NCBI GenBank assembly: GCA_003971905.1
Contig: RSEE01000009.1
Location: 372,001-436,000 of the forward strand
DNA: 64,000 nucleotides
Direction: 5' to 3'
DNA from: Moniliella sp. 'wahieum'
Lineage: Eukaryota
The notes below the pieces were generated by a model. It did not search any database. It worked only from the letters and a program-made list of their open reading frames with translations, and was not told the DNA's origin. This document shows, piece after piece, positions 25,820-38,188 of the stretch; the first letter of the stretch is position 1, and the number at the start of each line of letters is the position of its first letter. The position numbers were made by a program, and so were the translations under genes.

Positions 25820-27000
25820 CCCACATGTGACTGACGTGTGACATGTGACGCCCCGAATGTTGCACGAGTGCGGTCTGTCTCACGTGGCGGGCGCATATTT
25901 TTGTTGCGGGCTCTGACGCCGTGGAGGACAGGGAACAGGAAAACCAGATGAGCCGGGTGTTGCCTGTTACATGTTACGCAATATTAGGCAATGGCCGCAT
26001 GGACCCATCTCGAAGGCAGTGGCCGGGAGGAACCGGGGGGCGCGTATTGTTGCCTGGTGCTGTCGTCGACGAGGGACAGTGGCTCAGCTCAGTATAGTAC
26101 GTTCAGTCCGGTCAGCAGATGTCAAGGTCAGCGCTCACAGCAGGGGCCGGTCAGCTTGTCTTTGGCAATGTTGACAACGTTGACATGCGCGACAGTCACA
26201 TGTGACTGGCTGGGTGCACCCTATAAGAAAAAATTGAATCGCACGACTCTGGTCCTCGGTCCTCCTTCTGTGAATATACATGTGAATCAATCAACCTGAT
26301 CTGCCCCTGAGGCCTGGGAGGCCTCACGCGTCACACGTCACGCCCTCAACGTCACCGATCACTTCAGCCTCAGAGACTCGCCCGTTTCGAAAAGTAGAAA
26401 GTTTTGGGGAAGCTGCAAGAGCGGCACTGGTTAATGGCCCATCCATTGGGTCTGGGGAATGGGTGGTATACGCAGGGGGGGTGATAGTGAACGTGTTGAA
26501 GCTTGAACCTTGAGATGAGGTTTTCAGCGGAAGACAGGGATCGTCGATGGTCGATGGATGGAGACAGTGGGGTCAATGGGAGAATGGGCGATGGCGGAGA
26601 CTGTGTCAGGAGGGCTGACACGCTGAGACGCCCAGCAGATATGCACAGAGCCACAGTTGTGCTGATACTGAGGTGGAACATGTAAGTGAAGCTCTCACTC
26701 AGATCTCAGATCTCTCAGTGCTGATGCGGATGCTGAGGCACTGATTGCGGGGGCTGGCTGGCTGGTCACAGTGGCTATAGTGTTGACTGAGGCTGACGCG
26801 CTGACCCGTGACGCGTGACGGCGCTAATGCCCTTGAAGCTTGAAGCTTGATGTATCAAGTAACATGTAACAGTTCGTATAATCGCGGGACATCAGGAGGA
26901 GCTTCAAGCTTCATGCTTCAAGCTTCATGCCTTCAAGCTCTTCACAAGCTTCCGTGACTTCACGCTTCACCCCAAAGTTCAAGAACATCGACAGAGGTTG
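25820..27000. repeat. Dense heptamer palindrome arrays in the divergent region between PL14 and the next gene
   Basis: CAGTCACATGTGACTG 26193-26208; AGGCCTCACGCGTCA 26319; CTCAGATCTCAGATCT 26698; CGTGACGCGTGACG 26807; CTTGAAGCTTGAAGCTTGA 26832; GTAACATGTAAC 26859; AGCTTCAAGCTTCATGCTTCAAGCTTCATG 26900. Confidence 0.9.
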
Positions 27001-27123
27001 ACATAGGATGGAGGTCGCGATTCGTGTCGCCGTCCGAGGCGCTTTAATGTTTACCCACTCAGTGTACTGAACTCGGTGTGCTCAGGAGCTGAGTGTACTC
27101 TCGCAGTACTCCATATACTCACA

Positions 27124-29227
27124 ATGCCCAACAGCACTGCAGTACTCAATATTCACCGGACTCACCCTCCTATTATACCCTAGTGATGCGATCAACCCAT
27201 TCTTCCACATCGCGCTGGCCATGGCAGCAGTGCCTGTCGGTTCCTCGGAGTATGTTCCTGCGGCCGGTAGGTCAGCCAAACCCGAGACAGACATCAGCGC
27301 CTCTGTTGCCCCCGCCCCTCCTCCGGAACAGCCCGCAGCTGGGGACGTGCAAGACACAGGGGGTTACCACACTGCCCCTGTGCCAGGGGCAGACTGGCCT
27401 AAGAAATGGCCTGTTTGTCCAGCGGCAATTGATTATTTTGCCGAGTAAGTACCCCCTGCTTTTCTACATCCTTCTCTTCTGCTCTCCCTTTGTCTTCCCC
27501 GCCACTCCCACCGCCACCAACATTGACGCTGCCGCTACCACCCCATCATCCCCCATGAGCACAAGCCATCACACCTCCCCCACCTTCTCCGCCGCTGGCC
27601 TCCCCCGTCGAATGGGCGACAAATTTGCCACGCCCAGTCTTGCTGCCTACTCGTTGCGCGACAATGTCCTTCCGGCCCAGCCCTTGCGCCCACTCGCACC
27701 CGCCCGCGCAGTGCCACCACCTCTATGTTCCCCCTCCTTCGTTGCGGAACATTTACAATGCGGTCCCCCGCACTACGGCGACGACAACTTTGCACCCGAA
27801 CCGCAAACGCGGTAATACCTTCTCCATGACCTCAGCACCTTCTTCGTCTGCCTCTCGCACCACCTCGCCCCCGGCGGTGCGGCGCTCTTCATACCCACAC
27901 CCCGCTTCCCTCACCTTCGGACCTGTCCCGGTTTACTGCGGAGCGGTACCTCCAACCGACATCTACCGGGTCGGGGTTGTACCACAAGCCCCGGTCTCGC
28001 GCTGGATCACGGCAAGAGTCCGTATCCGAGATGAATCGAGCGACGCTCGACGACCGTGCCTCGTCCTCCGTTTCACCCACACCTCATTCACCCGTGTTGC
28101 CTACGATCCAAGGTACGAGGTATACCGTGTCGCAACCGGCCGCGCCACAATCCACCCCACCGCAAGAGATGGGCAACATCTTTTCTCGCATTGAGACCAT
28201 CACGCGGCCGGTGGAACTGACAATCCAAACGTTGCTCTTTCGTATCTTCCGCACACTCCAGGTCGAGTTTTTACGCTACCCTACCCAGCCCGACTCGCCC
28301 AAGCCGTCTGAACAAGCAGCGCCCGAAGCCGAATCCAAGTCCGCCCACCCCAACGCCCTCCCCCTCTGCTCCTGCTCCTCCTCAACCTTCAGGACCTTCG
28401 CCTCAAACGGCTACCAGTGGGTACATGTGTCTTCTCCTCCTTGGCCATATCCCGCCTCAAAACCAATTTGACGCTGCCTGGGTCGCGCGTGTGCAAGAGC
28501 GGATGCAAGCTGTCCACGCGCATCCCGAGCTGCTCAATGCGGAAGAAGGCGGGGTGAGCTCGGTACGCGATATTGAGGATATGTTCCAGATGTTGCGCGT
28601 GCTCGTTGGGTGCATCCGTCGTGTATCGGATGTGATGGTGCGCAGTGGAGTGTTGCGACCACCTGGAGCTGGAGCTGGAGCTGGCACAGTGACCGATGTC
28701 AATAACAACATTAAGTCCCAACGTACGTCTTTAGTTATCCCCCACCCCATGCGCTGTACTACCCATCTGTTGGACTAGTGTCTGTGCCTAACCCCACTCT
28801 CGCCTCTTTCATTTTCCCTTTGTCAGCTCCTACACCCGCTCTCCACCCATCCGACCCTACTGTGGCGGGGACGAATGGCACAGCAAGCCAAACCTCCTGT
28901 GACATGGGCTTTGCCCTGCCGCCCACGGACCCGAACCTCGAACTGATCGCACCAGAGATGGCGCATGCGATGCAATCCCTTGCTTCGTCTGGCGTGGCTG
29001 GACATCCACCGTTTGCCAGCACAGCCAACGCGGCCAGCGCGGAACCACCTTTGAAGCGCGCACGACCCATGCCGCCACACCCGCGTCAGTCGTCCCCGCA
29101 CGAAACACCGGTAGCGGAAGAAGAAGGGATGGATGGGGTCAACAAGACCCGCGCTTGGCTTTCCTCTCAAGCGGGCTACCAACCTGATGGAGCGAATTCG
29201 AAACGGCCTCTAGCACCGGAAGCATGA
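27124..29227 (+). CDS. Hypothetical Pro/Ser-rich protein (multi-exon, frameshifted; boundaries uncertain)
   Basis: Chain of coding-like ORFs (27093-27815, 27977-28471, 28425-28778, 28778-29227) with a helical segment FDAAWVARVQERMQAVH...IEDMFQMLRVLVGCIRRVSDVM. Probable intron ~28722-28778. No family recognised. Confidence 0.45.
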
Positions 29228-30099
29228 GCCGTTTTATTGGTTTCGACTCCCTTTTCTCGTCTCTACAACCTTGCTGCACTCTCTACCTTCTTCCCCTTGC
29301 CATCTCTACGTGGGACGTCGTGGTTCATTCGTACCATACGATTCCCATTCCCTAGGGACCTATGGATCATTGATCCCAAATCCCAGGTTACAGTATACCT
29401 TACGACGACACTGCTCTTAACGATCCGCACTGCACTTCTGTTTTCTCCTTTGCGTTTTTCCCTGTCGTATCATAGTCGTTCTACAGACAGGTGATGGTTA
29501 GGCAGTTATTACCATTGCAGATGGAGCTCTACTTCCTCGAGCTTCGTGGGGCACATGTCACGGCCAAGCCGCCCTGCACCCTATGCATGCCTGTCCGAGG
29601 GGTACAGCTAGGGGCGGGGGAGGAACGAAGAGAGGGTGGGAAACGAACTTATTTTCAGTGATTTTTCGTAAGAGAACTTAAGACGACCCCCTCCTCTTGA
29701 CTCGTGTCATCTCCTGTGTGTGGTTGCATGCCACGCAAATCCAATAGGGGGGCACAGAGCGAAGGGGTGGCGTGTATAGAATTGTGGTGCCGTATTAGTG
29801 TGTGTAGGAGAAACTAGCCGACTATAAGCGTCATAAATACAGTGTTTGCAGGAGCGTTTGTGTGTCCTGCCCATCAGCATTGGTCGAGGGTGCCAGAAAG
29901 AGGACACAGCATTTTGGTCCTTTTTTCTCATTCGCTCTTAGAGCAGGGACTAGCGAGGGTGCCATGTGGGAGAGAGGAGCACAGCGACACATCCCACTCC
30001 CTCCTTTCCCCAATTTGCACGTCTCAGCATGCAGCACGAGACAGACCCGCTCACCACCGTTCCCCAACAGGCATGCGATCCGATGCAATACGCTCTTAA

Positions 30100-32320
30100 C
30101 AATTAGACACATCTGTTCCGGTAAGGCGTAGGAAGGAGCTGGCGCAGGCATCTGTGCCGAGCTTCTCCTCGCCCTGATACTCTGCGTGCGGTGGCCCATG
30201 CTGCAAGTACGCCTCGATAAGGAGAAGGCAGGCTGGTTGAGGAATTGGTCTTGTGGCTGCAGCACGCTGGAGGCATTACAGTGGCGCTCCTGGTGCACTG
30301 TGTGCGTTTCTTGCGTTTCGTGCGCCTCTTGTGCCAAGCGGGCAGAAAGCAGGAGCCCCCCTCTGCGCGTTGTACCCAATCGTCCTCCTGTCCGAGGCGA
30401 AGAGAGCACACTACGCGCTTGCTTCGCGCTCAAGTGGGGAGCGAGGAATGAAAGAACGCTAGCACGCACGTGAGGCGGGAGGGTAACCCACCACGAGGGG
30501 TGGCACCAGCAGAACGAACGCAACAGCCCAATACCCGCGCTTTGCCTACCATGCTTAATGCTTCGGACCGCACCGTGCTGCTCGCCTTGGCGTTGAACGA
30601 GCCCATGGGTGTAGTACGGTAAGCGAGTACCGGAGGACAAAAGAAAGTCAAAACGTTTCTGGAGGATGCGTGCAGACTTGTCCAACCATTCGGATTGGTT
30701 CTTGATAGGTTGAGCTCGGGCCTTGGAAGGACACAGGATATGGTAGGCCTTTGCGACCAGCCTAGAGACGAGCGGAGCGTTCCTTCGGAACCAGAGGAGT
30801 GTTCGTCCTTGTCTTCCGACAGGGACGCCGCGTCCACCTCGGGACCAGTATCGGCGCCCAACACTACTCCAGCACCATCTACAATGGTAGGAAGCGAACT
30901 TGGAGCCCATTCGATCGTCGTGTTGCCCAACAAAATACTTGCTTCGCTACCGCCATCGACATGGCCATAGCCATCGTCGTCGCCATCGCTATCACCATCC
31001 CTTCCATCCCCTTTCCCCCACCACCGCAGCCTCATACACGCCATCATCAACACCACCTCGGCACGTGTCCAATCATTGCCCTGGAGCACGAGGGCGCGAA
31101 GGCGGGGACATCCAGGTCGAAGTGCTCCCCCAGCCCAAAGGGGATGTAGGACGGAACAGCGGGGCAAATGTCTGCTGTGGGTGTGGAACGGCCGGCCATG
31201 AGGTGCAAAGCTAGGTGTGGATCGATGGGGCTGGAACGCAAGATGAACATGGCAAAGAGGTAGGCGACGTACCCCCCACCGTGGTCAGATGCGTAGGCAT
31301 ATCTCCGTTTCCGTCTAGGGGAGAGAAGGGTAGGACATTGTCCCGGTCTTCGAAGCCAAGGTTGCTCAGATGCAGGTGAGTGAGGGTGGAGGCATGTAGG
31401 TTCTCCAGAAACGCTTCGAGCGACGGGATTTGCTTGCCAGTCAAGCCCAGTGAGCTGAGCTTGAGCGTCTGCAGTGCCGAGTACCCGATTGCGTTGCTGA
31501 ACTGGGCCACGCATTCTGGGTCGGTCTGTGGCAAAAAAACCAAAGAATTAGAACCCACCTCGTACCTCGTGCCTGGTACCCTCCTCCCTTTGACTCGCTA
31601 TCCCTATACCCCTACCCTCCGAGAGAAAAGGACGTACAAAGAGTTCGCTGTTGGCACTCAGACTGAGTATGCTGAGGGTAGCGTTGCCCATAAGAACCGG
31701 GAAAGGGAATCAAGTGCGTCGGAAGCGAGGCTTGCATTGTTCATGTTTAACTCAAACAAGGTGGCGATTGGGCGAACGTCCCACCGTCGTGGAAGGGTGG
31801 GACAAAGTAGCTGGTCCAGCTCGGGCTGAGATGGAATTCCGGCCCATAAATCTCTCCCTGGAGTGTCCTGCTCAATCTTGCGTGCGGCCATCTTATGAAG
31901 GAAGATGACAGGAAAGTACGTGGCGCATACGCTCATGTTGCGAAGGATGGTGCGGTGGTACTTGGTCAACACCGAGCTGCTGCCCCGCCAGACAAGGAGG
32001 ATCATGTCCCTTCCCTGCGCCGGATCGGAAGCGGAAGAGGCAGAAGGGTCTGTCCCTTCAGGATGAGTGGGGCGGACAATATGAAAGGTACCCGCGCCGC
32101 GAGCCTGAGAGCAAGCTCGGAGTTGGTCCTGCAAGCTTTCGCTGAGCAGGTGGAGGTCCGCGCGGGTTCGCACGGTGCCAATGCGCTCCTCATGCTCGCG
32201 CAAGGGGATAAAGACAGGACCAGTGTCCCAGTCGAATACCAGGCCTCGCCCCTCTGCGTACGGCGTAGCGGGGAGGTGGAGAGCCCAGTCGGGTGGCGAG
32301 GATAGGTCGGCCTGGGCCAT
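30100..32320 (-). CDS. RNI-like leucine-rich-repeat protein; intron 31526-31637; frameshifted; 3' end approximate
   Basis: LQTLKLSSLGL, LTHLHLSNLGF and LRALVLQGNDW...GNTTIEW LRR-like repeats. The C-terminal 'WVTLPPHVRASVLSFLAPHLSAKQARSVL' is a pattern I recall from basidiomycete RNI-like proteins. Confidence 0.6.
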
Positions 32321-32694
32321 GCTGGGCCGCAGGTGGTGGTGGGGTGAGTGGAATCGCGAGCTTCATCACCCCCGCATGTGAGTGAACATTTCACATACGC
32401 ATGTCCACCATCGTTTGCTACGTGACATGTGACGTCACCGCGTCACCATTGCCATCACAGCCTCCATTTCCTCAAGCACGCGAACACGCTGATCAATCCT
32501 ACATCCTACTCTCAGCGTCTCACAGCTCAGGCCAGCATCATCCGCAGTTCTGCGTACTCCGTACTACTGACTCTGTCCCGTCAGATCGAGTTGACGCTTA
32601 GCCTCACGCTTCCAGCTGGAGAACAAACAAAACATAGCATTCGCATCGGCCCCTCGCATCTCACAAAAGCAAGCATACTCGGCAGGTCCATCGT

Positions 32695-32800
32695 CCTCTT
32701 CCTCTTCCTCTTCCTCTTCCTCTTCCTCTTCCTCTTCCTCTTCCTCTTCCTCTTCCTCTTCCTCTTCCTCTTCCTCTTCCTCTTCCTCTTCCTCTTCCTC
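32695..32800. repeat. (CCTCTT)~17 perfect polypurine/polypyrimidine microsatellite
   Basis: Read directly; would read as ~36 Glu on the minus strand. Confidence 0.97.
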
Positions 32801-32943
32801 CTCGCTCCGCGGGGTAACATTTAAAAGTACATCGGTGGCGCTTCCCTCTGACGTCCATCCCACATCGTCACACGTCACAGGATCCCACCATCCCACGCTT
32901 TCCCGTCGTGCTGCGCACGGCACGCCTGATTACAGATTGGCGT

Positions 32944-34875
32944 TTAAGCCTGAGGGGTAATTTCCTCCTCCTCGGTCCGCTTGGGCTTTTTACTGCTCTT
33001 GGGCTTGAGCAGCGGCAACCAATCCGGGTGTCCACGCTGGAAGCGGGGATGGGCAAAGCAGTGGTGGGGTCCATAGAGCGTAGCGGCCGTTAAGCCTGGG
33101 GTGAGGGCCGCGGCGGCGCTCTGTGCGGTGGATGCTTCCGACGCCAAGGTGGCAGCCAAAGCCGAAACCGGGTTCAATGCAGCTTCGGCATCGGCCTTGC
33201 TTTGAGCAGTGTGCGCACGTACCGCCGCTTCGACCGCCGCTGGCGCCGCCGAAGGCGAGAGCAAGTTCTTGCTCACTGCCAAGTGAATCTCCTCGGGATC
33301 GAGCGGGCGGGTGTTGCTGATTCGTTGGAAGCCATACAGCTGATATCCATCAAAAGGGAGATCCCTGACGGTCAGCGCTAAGCTCTGCACAGGTCATAAT
33401 AACCCCACCAACACAAGCGTAAACGGAGAAGGGGGGGACGTACGTTCAACTGACGAATGAAGGAAGCATTGTTATTGTGACGATAGAGGGTGGGAAGGAC
33501 ATGCGTGGCAAATTCGGCACTCGTCGCGGTATCGGCAGCAAGTAAGATCTTGTCGCCAGCATGCGACCAACAAATGTACTTTTGGTACGACGCTGGCGTA
33601 TCGAGCAAATACCACAGCTTGGTTACAAACGCAGGGCAGTTGGCGCTGCCCCCCATGGCCGATCGTAGTGCATTGACTGCCTTGGCCGCACTGGCCGAGT
33701 CGGCCTGTGCAGGCGGAGGGGCGGGGGCACTTGTGGTGCCAACGAGGGGAGGACGAGGAGCTCCAGGAAGAGGTACGAACTCTTCGCTGCCCGAAATGGA
33801 GTCACTATCGTCCTCGCTCTGGGGGGGAAAGCATCCAGGAATCGGAGCAGGGATGGAGGCAAAGGAGGAAGAGGAAGCAGGGTAGCTGAGCGAGTGCGAC
33901 AACCCCGAGGGCCGTGTTGCGCTGTAATTCCAAGTAGGGGTAGGTGGGGCGTTGGGGTGAGCCGGGGCACTAGGGTGTCGGGCCAATGCAACCGTCTCGG
34001 TATCCGATGGGTTCCCAAGGCACACGGGCACCTCCTCGTCTGTCTCATCACCGTCAAGCGAGGTGCACCGCCGTGCACTCGAACTGGCCAAGATGGTGGC
34101 TGCCGACATGGCCTCTGCATCGGCGTCACGGGGGAAGGGATGCCCCTGCATCCAGCGTAGGAATAGCGTCGTGGGGAATATGGGGCTGGGTACTTGTAGT
34201 TGGAATAGCTAGGGCGCTTGCCTTGCTTGAACAACCGATAGCTCACTTCTTTACCCCGGAGCAGATCGTATGACGAAGGCGATCCAGGGCCACGAAGACT
34301 GCGGGACAAGGACATGCGCTTGGGCACCGACGTGCCTGGGGTACCTAGCGAGCCAGCACTGAAGCTGAGGGTGGTGCTGCTTTCGCTCCGTCCTCCGCGG
34401 TCGGGGAGACAGAAAGGCCCCAGCCAGGGTACGAGGGACGACGGTATGTTATCGGCTGGGCCGAGGAGCGAGGCCAGTCCTCCTCCTCCTCCTCCACACT
34501 CACAAGCGGTTCTTCGTCGTCGGGCTCGATCTGCATGCCCTCCAAGCCATACTCGAGCGCATCCACCTCGTCCTCCGTCTCCATAGGGCCGCGCATGGCA
34601 GACGTTTTGAAGCGGTGCCCACGGAAGGGGGGGGTGTACTCGCCTAGGCTGGGGAGGTAGGACACGGGGGAGGAGCCCAGACTGCCGGCGCGGGGGGGGT
34701 AGGAGGGCAAGGAGCGGCCGGAGCGGGGGCTGCGCAACGCGCCGCGGATGGGACGCGGGATGGAGTGGGGGCCGGCGTAGGTGACGGTGACGGTGCTGCT
34801 GACGGTGCCGGCGGGGCTGGCGGGAGGGGGATGGGGCGGCTGGGCGGGGGGGTGTGGGCGGGGGAGCGGGTGCAT
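32944..34875 (-). CDS. HSF-type winged-helix DNA-binding-domain protein (domain at C-terminus); intron 33340-33443; frameshifted
   Basis: PAFVTKLWYLLD...ICWSHAGDKI...FATHVLPTLYRHNNNASFIRQLN|LYGFQRI...FAHPRFQRGHPDWLPLLKPK. A long low-complexity N-terminus starts from the probable ATG at 34875. Confidence 0.85.
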
Positions 34876-34967
34876 GGCGGGCGGGGGGGGGGAGGCGCAG
34901 GAGAAGGTGGTGGCGGCAGAAGAAGCGCAGCTGCGACGCGTGCTGGATGCTGTTCTTCCAGCCGGCC

Positions 34968-35008
34968 AGACAGACAGACAGACAGACTGACAGACAGACA
35001 GACAGACA
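34968..35008. repeat. (GACA)n tetranucleotide microsatellite
   Basis: agacagacagacagacagactgacagacagacagacagaca, upstream of the HSF-like ATG. Confidence 0.9.
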
Positions 35009-35599
35009 GGGGCTCGGCTGGCTCGGCTGGCGGCGGAGGCAGAGTGTGGGTGGCGGAGCGTCAGTGCCTCAGCGCTGATATGCCCAACCGATAGTCGATA
35101 GCCAGCGCCAGCGCCGCAGCCACCCGCCCGCTGCGACTGCCCCACCCACACTGGCGCCGTGCGCTCCTTGCCCCTGCCAGGCCGGTGCCCGAGGAGCCTT
35201 GCAGTGCCGACAAGGATAGGCAGACTCCCAGCTAGAGCTTAACGCCGCGCCGCTCGGGCGCTGGCGTCTGAGGGCCTGAGCAGCACTGGCCCTGTCCCCG
35301 CCCTCCCGCCCTCAGAGTCAGCCCAGTCACCAGCGCGACCAAAAAAGTCACGTCTCGGATCGCGAGTCGTAGTCACCACTAGTCACCTAGTCACCACTAA
35401 TAACGAACAGCTTCGCTGGCCTGTACTAGCACTAGCCATACTGCATTCCCCCACCAGTCTCTCCCGCAGCACCTGACGTCAGTACTCAGTGCCCCATGGG
35501 CAACGTGCAATTTCAAATGCTAGCTTTGCCCCCTTGCAGGCCCTGGGGGCACAGGGGCAGTCTGGGGCAGTGCGCATGCCATTCCAACTCTCGTCCCGC

Positions 35600-38188
35600 G
35601 CCTCTTCTCCGCCGGCGCCCAACGCCGTCGACAGCCTCAGCGGCGCTCAGCCGGGATGGCCATCCGACGGCGCCGATCCATCAAACGGAGTCCACAGCAG
35701 GTCGCCCGCCCAGCCCATCGGCACCTGCATCTGGGCATGTATCTGTGCTTGTGCTTGGGCTTGGGCTTGGGCGTGGGCTTGTGCTTGAGCTTGGGCTTGC
35801 GCGTGGGCTTGCACTTGCGCTTGCACTTGCGCTTGCACTTGCGCTTGGGCAGCGGCAGCCGCTACCAGCTGGGCCTCAGGCACCGATGCAGGCGGGGAGA
35901 CGTGTGAAGCGCCCGGGTAAATGGAGAAGTGGCGTAAGGCGACGTGTGCGGGGGAAAAGGGGAGTGGGAGTGGAGTGGGAATGAGAGTGAGAGTGAGAGT
36001 GAGAAGGAGTATGGGTGAGAGTGAGTGAGAGTGGTTATGGGGAGGATATGGCGACGCATGCGACGAAGGCGGTGCTGCGGCCACCGACCCCGACCCCGAC
36101 CCCGATCCAGGAGACCTCGTCTCCCCCGCCGACGCCGGCGACTGGTACCATCTCTGTACCTCCCACGGGGCAGCGAGGACATGTGCGTCAGCCAGTCTGG
36201 ATTGGTAGGGAGAACAGCGTCCGCTTGCGAAGCCGGATGCGCTGAGCTGCCTTCTGGGGCAACATGCGATCCCACCGCGGCCAGTGTTGCTCCTACCGCG
36301 TCCATCTCGTCCTTTCCTTGGATCCGTTCGATCCAAGCAACCAGTGCTTCGTCGTCCCCAGCGACTGGCATGCCAAGTGGCCCAGGCACGGCAGAAACGA
36401 CGTCAGGTGCAGGTATTGATGGTCCAGGCTCGAGTACTGGTTGGCTAGGCATTGGTTGGCTGGACACCGGTTGGCCCAGCCCGGCTCGGCAAGGCCAAGG
36501 TCCAACGCATCGTGTCTTACCACCTCCCCTGCGTCGGAGCCTGGGTCAGCGTCGGCATGGTGGGCATCAGCCCACGTCGCAGCAACTGAGTAGGGGTAAG
36601 TCCCATCTCAGCCGCCATTCTTGCGAAAAAGTCGAGCATCGTTTCGTCCATTCGCATGCCCATGCTCCAGCTCGCTCCTCCACCGGCATCGGTGCCATCG
36701 GTTGTCTCCCCCGCGCGTACAGGACCGAGCGGGTTGGGTCTCCTGGAAGGGCTGGCCGGGGGAGGCTGCACGACGGTAGGAACCGAGGGCAGGAAGGTAT
36801 CCGCCCGTTCGAGCGAGTGGACCGTCGCGTGTCGCGCCAACTTGCGTTCACCCTCGCCTTGCATGGTGAGGGTGCGCGTGCGCAACTCGTGCGCTTGGGA
36901 AGAACGCTGGTGCCAGGCCTCGTCATCCTCACCATCCGAGTCGTACTCGTCATCCTCCTCTTCTCCCGATCCATGTTGTTCCTCCTCGCCTGCGTCATCC
37001 AAGCCATCGAGGAGTTGCGCTTGGAGCTGCATGGCAATCTGCATCTGCATCTCGCTTAGCCACGGGAATCCACCCGCCGGCGGCGCATCGACGGATCCCA
37101 TGGGTGAGCCGCCCGAACGAAGTGTATGCGGTTTTCGTCGTTTGTTGCTCCCAGAGGAACGACTGGGCCCCGAGGGCCCCAAGCCCGCACTTCCACTTCC
37201 ACTCGGGGCCACATCGGACAAAGCCGAGAACCATTCCCCACCAGCCGAGTCGACATCCACCTTAGCGGGGTACAAGCCCGCTGCAGGCGGCTGGAGCGAA
37301 AGGCCTTGCAATGCGCGCGTCGCCCGTGGGAAAGGGACCCAGGTTCGGACCCGGCCAGCGCGGCCAAGTGCGAGTCGCCCGACGCATCCGACAGTACTGC
37401 CGCCCAATCCGATCCTCCAACCGACGCGCCCGACACGGACGAAGAGGAGATCCATCCCGATCCCGAGTCGGAGTACGAAGGCGGAGCAGGAGGAAAGGCA
37501 GCTACCAAGCTGGCTGCCGCAGCATCGCCCTGTTGGTCCAGGGAGGGGGGGGGGCCTCGGAGCGAGCCGCACCGCGTCGCCGCTGCCGTGTACGCGCCTT
37601 AAACCCTGCCTGTTCGTATTCCTGTGGAAAGGCATTTCGAAACCGATCGCGCAAGTCGGTCGCAGTTCGCATCCCTTCAAACGGTGGCAATCGAGCAATC
37701 TTGCTCCAATGGGAACCATGTTCTTTCCACCCATCGTACAATGCTTGCGTCTCTTCGGACGAGAACGCCCTTTTGGGGCGGAACAGGCCACGCTCAAAAA
37801 TCGATCTGCCTTGGGCGTTGCGGCCACGGACTTTGTGCCCATGATGCGTTTTGGCATTCGGGTAAAGTTCGTGGTACGCATCGGGAAAGTAGGTACGGAA
37901 GCGGTCCTTGAGGTCGCCAGCGGACCGGTGGTCAAAGTGCGCGCGCAGTTGCGGGTCTTCCAAAATCTTTTTCCATTGGCCGACACCGTGCTTGTTGCAT
38001 CCGTCCACCAACGCCTGCGTCTCAGCATCGGTCCAGCGGTGTTTGGTGTTGGAGGCACTGCTAGGCCCGCCGCGGGAACTGCCCGAGGCAGCGGACGAGG
38101 TCGAAGGATGCCGCTGCGGATGCGGAGGGAGAGTGGTCGACATGCCCAGCACACCAAAGGGCGGGGCGGAGGGGGGCACGTGGTCCAT
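35600..38188 (-). CDS. TAY1: Tandem Myb/telobox telomere-repeat-binding protein, Tay1/Teb1-like; frameshifted; 3' end approximate
   Basis: KHRWTDAETQALVDGCNKHGVGQWKKIL...RSAGDLKDRFRT and KRAFSSEETQALYDGWKEHGSHWSKIA...RTATDLRDRFRNAFP are two TRF-type Myb domains. They are followed by a long low-complexity tail with a (QA)n repeat. Confidence 0.8.
35745..35850 (-). repeat. Hexanucleotide repeat encoding (Gln-Ala/Val/His)n in the Tay1-like tail
   Basis: gcttgg/gcttgc/acttgc units on the + strand; AQAQVQAQVQAQVQAHAQAQAQAQAHAQAQAQAQAQ in ORF 35647..36336. Confidence 0.85.
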
